Sequence record: MK327941.1
DNA length: 64,000 nucleotides
Strand: one strand, 5' to 3'
Source of the DNA: Escherichia phage vB_EcoM_G37-3
A program made the translations under genes and the position numbers. Below the pieces are notes generated by a model that was not told the origin of the DNA, searched no databases, and saw nothing but the letters and a program-made list of their open reading frames with translations. Shown here one piece after another: positions 1 to 10,800 of this stretch (the stretch's first letter is position 1; each line of letters starts with the position of its first letter).

Positions 1-743
1 CGCATTACCAATTTTGTTTTTAGCATTCCTCTATACTCACCGCCAACAAAATCAACAAATGTATCACCTTTATCAATCGCCTTATCTGTTATTTCCTTTA
101 CTACTTGCTCAGTTGACTTCTTGTTTTTACCTGAACATAGTTTACATCTAGATCCATTAACTAAAAACGAGTGACCGGATGCAGTATATTCATGTCCATT
201 AGGGCATTTAACTAAGATATTTCTTTCATAAAAATCTTTATAATCAGACACATAGTCAATGACTTCGTGGTCTTTTTGGTTATTCCTCATCTCTGTTAGC
301 AACTCTTCGCTATTCCAGCGTTTACCCTTAACGCAGAGACAACCATGACCTTGATAAAGATATATAAATTTCTTAGTAAAGTTTTTGTTGCAATCAGGAC
401 AATGCATTAGTAATTCTGTCATTTGACCTGTATATCCTTTAGGAATATCGATCAATGTGTATTTTCCGCATATTGTCTTTAATGCATCATCTATTCTTTC
501 TTTGGTCCAGCGTAAGCGACCAGTGCATTCATGACATTTTACACCCAGTCTAAGAGTATCTAAACTAAATATAGTTGACGTATGTCCTTTATCACATTTT
601 AACTTAAATCTAGTATCCTTTGCGTTGGTGTATTCTCCGACTAGACCATACCATTCATAACCACATGGGATATGTTCTTTTACCTTCTCTAGATATACAC
701 CGAACGGTCTAGGAACTGAATTAGGTTTTCTTTCTTTAGTCAT
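1..743 (-). CDS. hypothetical Cys/His-rich protein with three tandem zinc-ribbon-like repeats (first 247 codons only; gene runs past window start)
   Basis: Manual reverse translation from ATG at 743..741 (AGGAT SD upstream), open to position 1: MTKERKPNSVPRPFGVY...; repeats CDKGHT..CHEC, CPDCNK..GHGCLC, CPNGHE..CKLCSG. Not in ORF track because truncated. Confidence 0.5.
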   Translation of the reverse strand, partial: MTKERKPNSVPRPFGVYLEKVKEHIPCGYEWYGLVGEYTNAKDTRFKLKCDKGHTSTIFSLDTLRLGVKCHECTGRLRWTKERIDDALKTICGKYTLIDIPKGYTGQMTELLMHCPDCNKNFTKKFIYLYQGHGCLCVKGKRWNSEELLTEMRNNQKDHEVIDYVSDYKDFYERNILVKCPNGHEYTASGHSFLVNGSRCKLCSGKNKKSTEQVVKEITDKAIDKGDTFVDFVGGEYRGMLKTKLVM

Positions 744-766
744 ATTTTTATATCCTGTAAATTAAA

Positions 767-785
767 GCGCCGTCACCAGCGGCGC
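767..785 (-). terminator. GC hairpin gcgccg-N7-cggcgc with flanking U-rich tract, downstream of gene 2
   Basis: Inverted repeat read in sequence, between gene 2 stop and next reverse ORF. Confidence 0.4.
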
Positions 786-799
786 TATTTTTATAATCA

Positions 800-1621
800 T
801 TAAAACAATTTCCACACCTTACGAGCATCATATTTCTTGTCTTTGCTCATAAACTGGTAGGTCGGAAGATACACAACCGTGCTCCAATCTTTTGGTGCGA
901 TCTCAATCAGTTTTGTTTGGATGTGTCCAGGCAAATATGCTTTGATCATGTGGTCTGCGCCTCTCATACCTTTAACATCACTCCATTTAATTTTTAAACG
1001 AGTTTTATTACTAAGAGTAGGTGTACTCGCGTATTGTCGCAACAACGCTTCTAAGAACTGCTGGCGAGCTTTAGGTGGCGCATAGTGCAAGTTCAAACCT
1101 AGCATAATCTCGTTTCCCGCTTTAGATGTACCAAATCCTAGACAGATAATCAAGGGGTATCGGTCAAAGAATGGCAAAGAATCCCGATATTTTGGGTTAT
1201 ACGCATAAGTATAGATCCGTCCCACTTGTGGTTTTACTACCTGATGACCTTTTACACCATCCTTGATGGTCTTCATAAACCACTCCTGTGATTTTTCTTT
1301 AGGACGACTCTTTGATACAGCACGCATAGACGCACGAAAATCATTAATCATCATCATTGCGCGTTGCTGCTTATTGAGACCCTTTGCGCCTTTCCCTTTT
1401 AGTTTTTCAACTTCTATTGCTGTTTTAATTTCGCTGGCATAACGAGACATACTTTTAGTGAAAGTCGCATAGGCTATTCCCTTAGAATCTGCAAATGCTT
1501 TAGCTGTCATTCCTTTGGCTTTTGCTTTCGCAAATTCTACACCCAATTCGACCCACTGTTTAGACTTTCGTTTTTTGGGAGACGGCTTTTCGTCTTCTGT
1601 GATTATTTCAAATACGCTCAT
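800..1621 (-). CDS. 2: DNA end protector protein gp2
   Basis: ORF track 273 aa; length and position next to gene 4 match T4 gp2 (274 aa, from memory). Confidence 0.8.
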   Translation of the reverse strand: MSVFEIITEDEKPSPKKRKSKQWVELGVEFAKAKAKGMTAKAFADSKGIAYATFTKSMSRYASEIKTAIEVEKLKGKGAKGLNKQQRAMMMINDFRASMRAVSKSRPKEKSQEWFMKTIKDGVKGHQVVKPQVGRIYTYAYNPKYRDSLPFFDRYPLIICLGFGTSKAGNEIMLGLNLHYAPPKARQQFLEALLRQYASTPTLSNKTRLKIKWSDVKGMRGADHMIKAYLPGHIQTKLIEIAPKDWSTVVYLPTYQFMSKDKKYDARKVWKLF

Positions 1622-1632
1622 AATATTATCCT

Positions 1633-2106
1633 CTATTTGTTAAGCCCTTTAAAGCCAAACACTTTCTTTAATGCATGTTCGGTGATGATCTTAAACTCCA
1701 TGTTATGCTTTTGGCATAATTTCACGGCAGCTAACCATTTTTCAGTATTTTTTGTGTATGTCCATACTTCATGCATATATCGTTGCTTTGTCTTCGCGGT
1801 CATTCTTTTTGGCTTTTCCGGTGGCCTTGTCTCTTTAGCTGGTTTAACTTCCCATAAATGCTCCTTGCCATCATCAAACTTAACGTAAAAATCCATAAAG
1901 TATCTGTGTCTTTTCCCGTCTGTTGATGACTCATAAGGAATTACTACGGTCTCAGATCCCCATTTTGAAACTCTAGGATTGCGGTCTAGCCACTGCATGA
2001 TCCATCTTTCCCAGCTTGAACGGTATGTGATCTTACGTATATCCCCTTTATACTTTTCCTTATTCTCAGGAACATACTTGCCCTTATAAGTGTTAGATCC
2101 TCCCAT
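1633..2106 (-). CDS. 4: head completion protein gp4
   Basis: ORF track 157 aa; position between gene 2 and divergent gene 53; T4 gp4 is ~150 aa (from memory). Confidence 0.75.
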   Translation of the reverse strand: MGGSNTYKGKYVPENKEKYKGDIRKITYRSSWERWIMQWLDRNPRVSKWGSETVVIPYESSTDGKRHRYFMDFYVKFDDGKEHLWEVKPAKETRPPEKPKRMTAKTKQRYMHEVWTYTKNTEKWLAAVKLCQKHNMEFKIITEHALKKVFGFKGLNK

Positions 2107-2121
2107 TTTAGCACCCTTTAT

Positions 2122-2129
2122 TATAAATA
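2122..2129 (+). promoter_or_regulatory. T4-type late promoter motif TATAAATA upstream of gene 53
   Basis: Exact TATAAATA about 33 nt upstream of ATG 2162. Confidence 0.5.
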
Positions 2130-2161
2130 CATAATACTATTTATCAATTGAGGGTGCTAAA

Positions 2162-2716
2162 ATGCTCTTTTCTTTCTTCCCTGCCATTGAATACAACGGC
2201 AAGATGATTACTGACATTGTGCGCAATTACCGCGCCTATTTCAACGCAATAATTTCTGATTATAACATACAAACATATTACATTCAAGGTAGTCCACGAC
2301 CGGAACAAGTTGCATATGAAGTATACGGAAACCAACAACTTTATTGGATCTTGCTGATGCTTAATGACGTATACGATCCGTTCCATGACTGGATCACCGA
2401 TCAAGAGACAGCATATGAATCAGCCGAACAGCGATATGCAAATGTAGGAGGAAATCAAGTATTATACCACGTTGATATTGACGGAAACAAGTATTGGAAT
2501 CTTACCGAATATCCGAAAGGATCAAGCAATTGGTATGATAAAGGGGATATTCATCATCGTCATTTGCAGTTTCAAGGTGCACTATCGGCAGTAGACACAC
2601 TGGAAGATGCGATCCTCCGTAATGAGGAACGACGCAAGATCAAGATCATAGATCCTACACAAATTAAACAATTTATTAACGCATTCATTCGAGAAATGGA
2701 AAAGGCTGATGTGTAA
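2162..2716 (+). CDS. 53: baseplate wedge protein gp53
   Basis: ORF track 184 aa; first gene of forward baseplate cluster, directly upstream of gene 5. Confidence 0.7.
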   Translation: MLFSFFPAIEYNGKMITDIVRNYRAYFNAIISDYNIQTYYIQGSPRPEQVAYEVYGNQQLYWILLMLNDVYDPFHDWITDQETAYESAEQRYANVGGNQVLYHVDIDGNKYWNLTEYPKGSSNWYDKGDIHHRHLQFQGALSAVDTLEDAILRNEERRKIKIIDPTQIKQFINAFIREMEKADV

Positions 2717-2727
2717 GGTGATTAATT

Positions 2728-4527
2728 ATGCTAATGTTTAATAACTCCGTTAAATGGTTTACCGGAATTGTAGAAAACAGGGAAGACCCATTAATGCTGG
2801 GTCGTGTTCAGGTTAGGATTCATGGTATACATCCCTCGCTATCCGCACACGGTGACATTCAAGGTCTTCCAACCGAAGATCTATTATGGATTACGCCAGT
2901 ACAAGATATTACAAGCGCGGCGATCTCCGGTATAGGTCAAAGCCCTACTGGTATTGTTGAAGGTTCAATGGTATTTGGTTTGGCTTTAGATGAACGTTAT
3001 TTAAACTGCGTTATTCTTGGTACTATTGCCGGACAATATACAGAGAAACCACTCACTACAGAGGGTTTTTGTGACCCTTCTGGTGCATATCCTCGTTATA
3101 TTGGTAATGATGTTAATATTCTTGCTCGTGGCGGTATTAACCCAGAAACCGGACAAACAACAAAACCTGATAGTGTCTATATTCGAGATGAAAACACTGG
3201 AGTTGCAGTAAATCCAGACGACGAGCCATTAGACCAAATTCCGGTTGATGATAATCCTGATTTTACAATAGAAAAAATGCTGCGGGGCGATGAGGGATAT
3301 CGCGAGAAATGGTATCTTGATTCAGAAGGATATCCGACAATAGGCATCGGGCATTTGATCATTTATAAGAAAACCAGTGATCTTGGTATTATCAATAATG
3401 AACTTTCTAAGCTGGTAGGGCGTGAAGTTACAAACGGAAGACTTACCGCCGAAGAAGTTAGTAAAGTATTTGCCGACGATATAGAAAAGACTCGTCGTGA
3501 TATGCGCAAACATCCACGAATTGCACCTGTCTATAATAAATGTAATGCCTCTCGTCGCATGGCATTAGAAAATATGGCGTTTCAAATGGGTGTTGGTGGA
3601 TTGGGTAAATTTAAGAATAGTCTTGCTGCGATGTTAGCGGAAGAATGGAAACAAGCCTATGATGGATTACGTCAATCGGTATGGGCTAACCAAACTCCAG
3701 GACGCTCCAGCCGTGTTTCTAAAATTATTTTAACTGGTAACTTAGAATCATATGGCGTAATTGCTCCAAAGAAAGAGGAATCAATTTCTGATGATCCGCG
3801 AGAACGTTTGAGAAATGCCCGTATTGCTGCCTATAAGACGCAGAGAGCAGAAGAAGACCCAGAAGCACCGTTTACCCCACAAGACACACGAATCATGTTT
3901 AAAGAGCCTAAGAGTTCGTATTCTGCAAGGTATCCATATAACCATGTGTACGAGTCAGAGAGCGGTCATATTATCGAGATTGATGATACTCCTTCTCATG
4001 AGCGATATCATCGTAAACATCCTTCTGGTACATTTGAAGAAACCAGACCGGACGGAACGAGGGTAGAAAAGATTGAAGGCGATGATTATCTGATCGTTAA
4101 ACAAGGCCGGAAAGTAAACGTCAAGGGTAATTTGCAAGTTGTTGTTGAAGGTGACGCGCAAGTTTATTATATGGGTAATGTGATGCAAACCGTTGATGGT
4201 AACGTCACTGAATTTATTCGTGGCAATGTTAATCAGACCGTTGAAGGTACTGCTAACATGCATGTTGTTGGTGATGTTATCGCACAGCTTGACGCTAATT
4301 TGACGGCTAACGTCAAGGGTAATGCTGAATTAATGATCGAGGGTAACACTACCGAAACAATTAAAGGTAACTATGATTTAACCGTTGAGGGTAATTTTAA
4401 TATGACAGTCAATGGCACTAAATCAGATCAGGTTAATGGTGACTGGTCCCGTAATTGTGGTGCAAGCGTTAAAGATATTGCATCTGGTACAGTTAAAATT
4501 GATGGTAGCCGTATTGATCTTGGGTGA
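2728..4527 (+). CDS. 5: baseplate hub subunit and tail lysozyme gp5
   Basis: 599 aa; central lysozyme domain (EGYREKWYLDSEGYPTIGIGHLI resembles T4 lysozyme catalytic region); C-terminal 8-residue beta-helix repeats (VxGxxxxx: VEGDAQVY, VDGNVTEF, VEGTANMH...). Confidence 0.9.
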   Translation: MLMFNNSVKWFTGIVENREDPLMLGRVQVRIHGIHPSLSAHGDIQGLPTEDLLWITPVQDITSAAISGIGQSPTGIVEGSMVFGLALDERYLNCVILGTIAGQYTEKPLTTEGFCDPSGAYPRYIGNDVNILARGGINPETGQTTKPDSVYIRDENTGVAVNPDDEPLDQIPVDDNPDFTIEKMLRGDEGYREKWYLDSEGYPTIGIGHLIIYKKTSDLGIINNELSKLVGREVTNGRLTAEEVSKVFADDIEKTRRDMRKHPRIAPVYNKCNASRRMALENMAFQMGVGGLGKFKNSLAAMLAEEWKQAYDGLRQSVWANQTPGRSSRVSKIILTGNLESYGVIAPKKEESISDDPRERLRNARIAAYKTQRAEEDPEAPFTPQDTRIMFKEPKSSYSARYPYNHVYESESGHIIEIDDTPSHERYHRKHPSGTFEETRPDGTRVEKIEGDDYLIVKQGRKVNVKGNLQVVVEGDAQVYYMGNVMQTVDGNVTEFIRGNVNQTVEGTANMHVVGDVIAQLDANLTANVKGNAELMIEGNTTETIKGNYDLTVEGNFNMTVNGTKSDQVNGDWSRNCGASVKDIASGTVKIDGSRIDLG

Positions 4528-4535
4528 GGTAACTA

Positions 4536-5105
4536 ATGGTTGAAATTCTTCCGATGAGTTCAAAATTGGAGGATATCAGCGAGCGAGAAATCTTTGAGGT
4601 GGTGTTCTCTTATAAAGCAACGCCACCGGATGCAAATACCACATACACGATTAAAGAGTTTAAGATCAGCGAGTATCGCCCTAATAAGGGCGTTACCGTT
4701 GAAGAAACTAAAATATCTGGTGAGTATCGGGATAGTTTTTCGCTTGGCGCGGATTCTCTTAAATATATAACGAAAGATAGAATTAAAAAATCTGCCGGAA
4801 GTTTTGATGATTTACCAGATCCAACTACCGCAGATCTATATTATTTTAACGCTCCTACACGTCTACAGGAGGTTTATACTTATAAAGTAACCCTAACCTA
4901 TATCCAATCTGTTTCAGAGTCTTCTGGTGGTTCTGGTGAAGGAAATAGTGGTGGTTCCAGTAGCCGAGAGGGTGCTGGTGAAACTAATCCGCCTCCGGTA
5001 GTAACCGAGCACACAATAGAGAAAGTTTATACTCAAACCGTTTTTGGAAATTGGGATGTGTGGAGTAAACAGTTAAGAGATTATGTTAGAAGAAGTGAGG
5101 GATAA
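4536..5105 (+). CDS. hypothetical protein at the T4 5.1 position, Gly/Ser-rich segment
   Basis: ORF track 189 aa, SD before ATG, coupled to gene 5; no recognisable motif. Confidence 0.55.
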   Translation: MVEILPMSSKLEDISEREIFEVVFSYKATPPDANTTYTIKEFKISEYRPNKGVTVEETKISGEYRDSFSLGADSLKYITKDRIKKSAGSFDDLPDPTTADLYYFNAPTRLQEVYTYKVTLTYIQSVSESSGGSGEGNSGGSSSREGAGETNPPPVVTEHTIEKVYTQTVFGNWDVWSKQLRDYVRRSEG

Positions 5106-5106
5106 T

Positions 5107-5646
5107 ATGATTGAAGTAATTCATTACACCAAAGAAGATGAAATTTTATATAATAGACTACATGAACTATTTTATGAAGTTGACGGAAAGGTTTATAGAA
5201 GGTTCTCTCGTGGACGTTCTAAAGCCGGAAGTCTAGTTGGTGGATTGAAGATAAATCCATGTGGATATAGATATTGGAGACTTGCTGTTGATGGTAAAGA
5301 GTTTCAGAGGTCTCATGTTGTTTATCATATGCATCACGGACACACTCCAAAAAAACCACTACAAATAGATCATATTAACACAAACTCCCTTGACGACCGA
5401 GTTAGCAATTTAAGACCAGTAACAGTTACTCAACAAATGTACAACCAAAATAAACAATCCGATTGCACATCTTCATATATTGGTGTTAATTGGAATAAAA
5501 ATTCCAAAAAATGGGAAGCTAGAATTAGAGCTAATGGAAAACGAATCCGTTTAGGTCTATTTGATAATGAAATTGACGCTGCGATTGCCTATAACACCGC
5601 TGCATTATCTAGAGATTCAAAAGTTAACAAATTAAACGATGTATGA
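5107..5646 (+). CDS. HNH homing-endonuclease-like protein with C-terminal AP2 DNA-binding domain
   Basis: HNH motif HHGHTPKKPLQIDHINTN..DDRVSNLRPVT; AP2-like YIGVNWNKNSKKWEARIRANGKRIRLGLFDNEIDAAIAYNTAA; start taken at ATG 5107 (GAGGGA SD) rather than track ATG 5083. Confidence 0.75.
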   Translation: MIEVIHYTKEDEILYNRLHELFYEVDGKVYRRFSRGRSKAGSLVGGLKINPCGYRYWRLAVDGKEFQRSHVVYHMHHGHTPKKPLQIDHINTNSLDDRVSNLRPVTVTQQMYNQNKQSDCTSSYIGVNWNKNSKKWEARIRANGKRIRLGLFDNEIDAAIAYNTAALSRDSKVNKLNDV

Positions 5647-5661
5647 GGATGGGGGTGTTTA

Positions 5662-5955
5662 ATGGCTGGATTATCCTACGATAAAGCTAAAACTACAGGG
5701 CACGGAAACTACCCACCTACTGTAATTAATGCAACTCAATCGAAGGTATTTGTTGAGGGTATCCCTGTATTAGTAGAAGGAGACCCAATTACACCACACA
5801 CAAAAACAACAAAGCCTTATGATACACACGGGGGAACTACGGTCGCCAGTACCCCGAAAGTCTTTGTTACCGGAAAGAAAGCAATTCAAATGGCAGATCG
5901 TATTAGCTGTGGCGATACCGTCGCTATGGCATCACCGAAGGTTTATATCAAATGA
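5662..5955 (+). CDS. 5.4: PAAR-repeat tail-spike tip protein gp5.4
   Basis: 97 aa, same length as T4 gp5.4 (from memory); overlaps gene 6 start (ATGA). Confidence 0.8.
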   Translation: MAGLSYDKAKTTGHGNYPPTVINATQSKVFVEGIPVLVEGDPITPHTKTTKPYDTHGGTTVASTPKVFVTGKKAIQMADRISCGDTVAMASPKVYIK

Positions 5956-7854
5956 CAAAGCAAAAGATTACACAAATTCCTGATATTTTTAATGCTGCTA
6001 CATTCGATGAAATTAAAAGCGCATTAACAGACTGGATGAGAAACCAGGAAGAATTTAAAGATTTTGATTTTAATGGTGCTGGTATTAACGTATTGATGGA
6101 CTTGCTCGCATATAATACCCTTTATATTCAGCAATTCGCCAACGCCGCGCTATATGAATCTTTTATCAGAACGGCAATTAAGCGTAGTTCAGTTGTTCAA
6201 GCCGCGCAAGATTTAGGATATTTGCCAGCAAGTAAAACTAGTGCATCAACTACAATTATGTTGCATGTATCACATCCACGAAATCCGGCAAGTATTCGAA
6301 TCCCACGAGGAACTAAATTTATTGCAAGTGTGGACCGCCAGACGTCTTATCCGTTTGTTACTACAGAAGACGTTGTGAGCGTTTTAGGTTCAAATGGTTT
6401 ATATACTCCTATGCTTAAAGTCGCACAAGGTCGTATTGTTCGTACAGAAATGTTATTTGATCCGAAGAAACAAATTCTGATCCGCGATCCTGATATTGAC
6501 CGCGCTCAGGTTAAATTGTGGGTGGATGGGGCTGAATGGAAAGACTGGACGCGAGAAAGTATTGTTAATGCAACTGGCGCCAGTAATATTTTCTATATGC
6601 GTGAAACCGTAGACGGTCATACAGAAATCTTCTTTGGTGAAGGTGAATCAACTTTATCTGCTGCTGGCGGTGCACTGGAAGCAAATTATATTGGTGGACT
6701 TAAGCCGTCAACTGGTGCTAATATTGTTATTGAATATATTAGCACTAAAGGCGCGGAAGCAAACGGATCTGTCAATTTCACATACGCGGATACCCTTGCA
6801 TCTATCTCTATTGTTAAAATTATTGAGAATCCGACAAATGATCGTGATTATGTCGGTGCAGATGGTGGTGGTGATCCTGAATCAATCGAACGTATTCGTG
6901 AACTTGCTCCGGTAATGCGTGAATCTCAGCGTCGTTGTGTTACTGCTTCCGACTATGAGGCTTTTGTATCTAGCCGTTTTGGTAGTATTGTTCAGGCGGT
7001 ACAATGTTTCACCGATCGAGAAAAACCAGGTTATGCTTTTGTTGCTGTTAAGCCTAAATCTGGTTTGCGATTGACAACTATTCAAAAAGAAGATATGCGG
7101 GATTATCTGGCAAAATATAACCTTGCCCCTATCACACCGAGCATCATTGACCCTAACTATCTGTATATTAAACAGAATATTAAAGTTTCCTATTCAATCA
7201 ATGACTTATCAGAATCAGAGCAGTGGTTGCGCGGTGCGGTTATTGATCAGATTGATGCATATTATACCGACGAAGTGGAAATTTTTAACCAGACCTTTAG
7301 TAAGTCTAAAATGCTTGCGCGTATTGACAAAGCTGATGTATCTGTGATAGGTTCTAGTGCAGAAATAGAGATGGTTCGAGAGATCGACAACTTCTATAAA
7401 GCACCTATGGCGGGAATCAAGTTTTTAAACCAGTATAAGAGCGGAATCAAGTCTAGTTCGTTCAACTTCGAAAAGGACGGTAAACAATACCCGATCCATT
7501 ATGTAAGTACAGAAATGAACAAAGAATCCGGTTTAGCTAAATTGCTGGTTGGACCTTTCCCTGTTGATTCTACAATCGCTTTACCGCACTTCCGGCACTG
7601 ATTTTGATAAAGAGGTTATTGACGGTGCGGACCTATACTTTGAGGTTGGAGAGGTTCAGCATTATGACGACCTTATTTCATGGGATCTGGGTAAACTGAA
7701 TATCAATAGCGATCGCTTTACTGGTTCATATATTGAGTTGACAGCTAAACCGATTGCTGATAACATCTTTACTAAAGACGGTTCTTTGATCGTGTTTGAA
7801 AACGATCTCCGTCCTCAGTACACAACTATTAGTCTGGAGGCAATTGCTCAATGA
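5952..7854 (+). CDS. 6: baseplate wedge protein gp6, interrupted by an apparent +1 frameshift near 7550-7600
   Basis: Track ORF 5952..7601 (549 aa) continues in +1 frame as 7549..7854 (track start is TTG, i.e. not a real start); combined ~635 aa vs T4 gp6 660 aa; 3' end overlaps gene 7 start. Confidence 0.75.
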
Positions 7855-10800
7855 TTAAAGCGCCTAGTGTAACTAGCTTGACAATAGAAAAATTGTCTGC
7901 TAATCAGGCGTATATCACATGGGATGACGTAGGCGAAAACTTCTTTTATTTTGTGGAGTTAGCCGAAACCAGAACACGAGACGGGGAGATCATCCCCGTC
8001 GATGAGTTAAGCTGGGTAAACCTGGGATATACTGCCGAACAAAACTGGTTTGAGGATAAAAACCTTTTTCCAGAATATTATTACAAGTTTCGTGTAGCAG
8101 TAGCCGCAGAAGGATTTGAACAAAGTAAATGGGTTGAGACAGAAGAGTTTCAGACATTTAAAACAAACGCATATAATTTTTCTATGATGCGAGAGTTCAA
8201 CCTTGCAAACGAGTTTATAAAGGAAAAATTTACATACGATAATCGAGAGTATGTCAAGTTTAATACCGACCTTATTCAAGCATCATTGATGAAGGAAGAT
8301 TTTGTCTTTAGTCCTGAATATGCAAACATGACAAATATCTCAAACTACATTGTAGTTGATGAGAACTTTCATGAAATACAGGACCACATAGAAAAAGTTT
8401 GTACTGATATAAACCACACTATGTTAGCGGAAATGAACGGTGTTTTGTACCTTTTCGAACGGTTCCAGCCGATCGTGAAAGTGTCAAATGATAAAGGCCA
8501 ATCATGGAAGGCATACAAGGCTTTTAATGACCGTGTAGGCAATCCGGTTTCCCGTACATGCGTTTATCAGTCTAAAACCACTACTTACGTTTTAGGATAT
8601 GACCGAATCTTTTACGGACGACAAGCGAGCGATACTCGATGGAGCGCGGACGATGTTCGATTTAGTGATGATACGATCACTTTTGCAAAGGTCGGTGACG
8701 AAAACGATTTAGGCTTTGACGTTGAGGTCTTTGGTGTATTTTCCAGATTAACAGGTGATACCACAAAATACGCCGAAGCTATGGCGTGTAGTGATGACTA
8801 TTTGTGGGTTGGTGCTAAAGATGTTATTCGCCGGATTCGTCTTAAGAATACTCCTGTTGATACCGTACAGGGTTCGCCTACGTTTGGAGAAAAAATATTC
8901 GATCCTGATGTTATCCGAGTAACAGGAAATGATAAAGCTGTCATTCAGAAAATGGATGTGGTCGACGGTAAATTGCTTGTATTTGTTACGGGTGAAGTTA
9001 AACAGCGTTATCAAGATCCAACTAAACCAGAAAACGTTGTTCCGTCAGATGATGCGGGTGTATACTTAATAGGGAGTGATGGTCTGTCTTTTCAGAGAGT
9101 ATTTGGCAACACTCCGCAGGAAAGGGAATATATTCAGCATGGGTTCAGTAATATGTCAACCAATGGTGATGAGGTGTTCATAAGCCATTATAATCATCAC
9201 TTCGAAAGCATTTTACCTGATCCAGAAACTGCCGAGAAATATGAATTGGGAGAAGCTGTAAAATATTCTCATGAGCCAACTTATCTAACTGATAAGAAAA
9301 TACATCAAACTACTTTCAGAGCAAGTTATGATGATTTGCGTATTTGGGAGTTAGGACCGCAAGCGTATTATAATGAGGCCGATTATACATGGATGCGTCG
9401 AAACGGTGTCCGTGTGTGGATCACAAATGATAATCGCCCGTTGGTTGTTTATCCAGAGGTTATCTATACTCAAGAAGTTGATACATCTGGCATTCTTGAC
9501 CAAAATAGGATCAACCGAGAAGTTTATGATAAAGGGACCGTGACCTGTTATCTTAACAATGTTAAATTTGAAGGATTCAAACAATATGCATCCGGTGTAA
9601 TGTTCCATAAAAACACAGGAGAGATCATAGGATTCTATCAATTTAATTATCGTGTTCGTGATCAGGTTGGTGTATATTGGAAACCTACAAATGTAGCATT
9701 TGTTGCTGAATTGCAAAATCAGGTTCGAGAGGTTCCCTGGGTTCCGGTTCACTACGATCGAGAGCAAGATCCAGATTTGCGGCCTTTACTGAATAAGATG
9801 ACCCCTGATAGCTTTTTACTTGAGAACGAAAATTTCAGAAAATTCTCTGAATATTATCTGCAATTCTTAAGCGATGGTTCAGGAACATATTATAATAAAC
9901 TAAAAAATCTGATTAAAAACAAATATCCACGCGAGAAAGATGCATATGAGTATCTTTGGTCAGAGATGAACAAACGAAACATCTATGCAGATAAAAACAA
10001 GCGAGATGCGGTAGTAAGATTCTTTGAATCCCGCAAATCAGATTTTTATTCCACTAAGGGCGTGGAGGCTTCTTATAAGTTCTTGTTTAAGTTACTTTAT
10101 AATGAAGATGTGGAAATTGAGGTTGAATCACAAGCCGGACTAGAGTATGATATTGTTGTTAGTTCAACGAACATTGACGAGGATATCGTAGGTCGCACGA
10201 TTTATACTCCAACCGGACGGGCTAACGTGACGTATCTTGAAAGGGAATATGAAGGTGGTCGCCTACGCTGGCGAGTAACCATTCATAACCTGATCGGGCG
10301 GTTCGAAGAAGGTCAAGTGATCAAATCAGAGAAAACAGCGTTTGAAGGGATGATCCTTGTTGGTGTACGTGGTAAAGAGTTGTTGAGTAGTTCAATCGAC
10401 TATATCAACCGCTCACGAAGCCAATACACCATGAAGATTAAAAGTGCATTGCCAGTTTCGCGCTATGCAAATGATGTAATGCGATTCGTTCATCCTGTCG
10501 GCTTTGGGTTTATCGGTGTTACCCTGCTTACGATGTTCATTAACAGCGGGTTGAGCATGAAGCACACCGAGACGATAATTCAATCTCTGAAAAATTATAA
10601 GTTTGACAGCGGATTGCCTAGCGTGTATCCTGATCGGGTGGCAGACCTTGACGTTGACGGAAACATTAAGAAAGACCCGCTTACCGGAAAAGCATTATAT
10701 TTGACTTCACCTTTAATCGGTGATGAATTTCCGGTTCCTCCTGAATATGATCAGGAGAACAGCGAATTGTTCCACGGACTTAAAGCAAGCGAACGAAGAT

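Noticed and set aside
5083-5106. Track start ATG 5083 for the HNH-AP2 gene
   Set aside because: Would overlap the upstream ORF by 23 nt; ATG 5107 has a better-placed SD.
7549-7601. Programmed +1 translational frameshift in gene 6
   Set aside because: No slippery sequence or prfB-like stop context at the overlap; a simple indel is more parsimonious.
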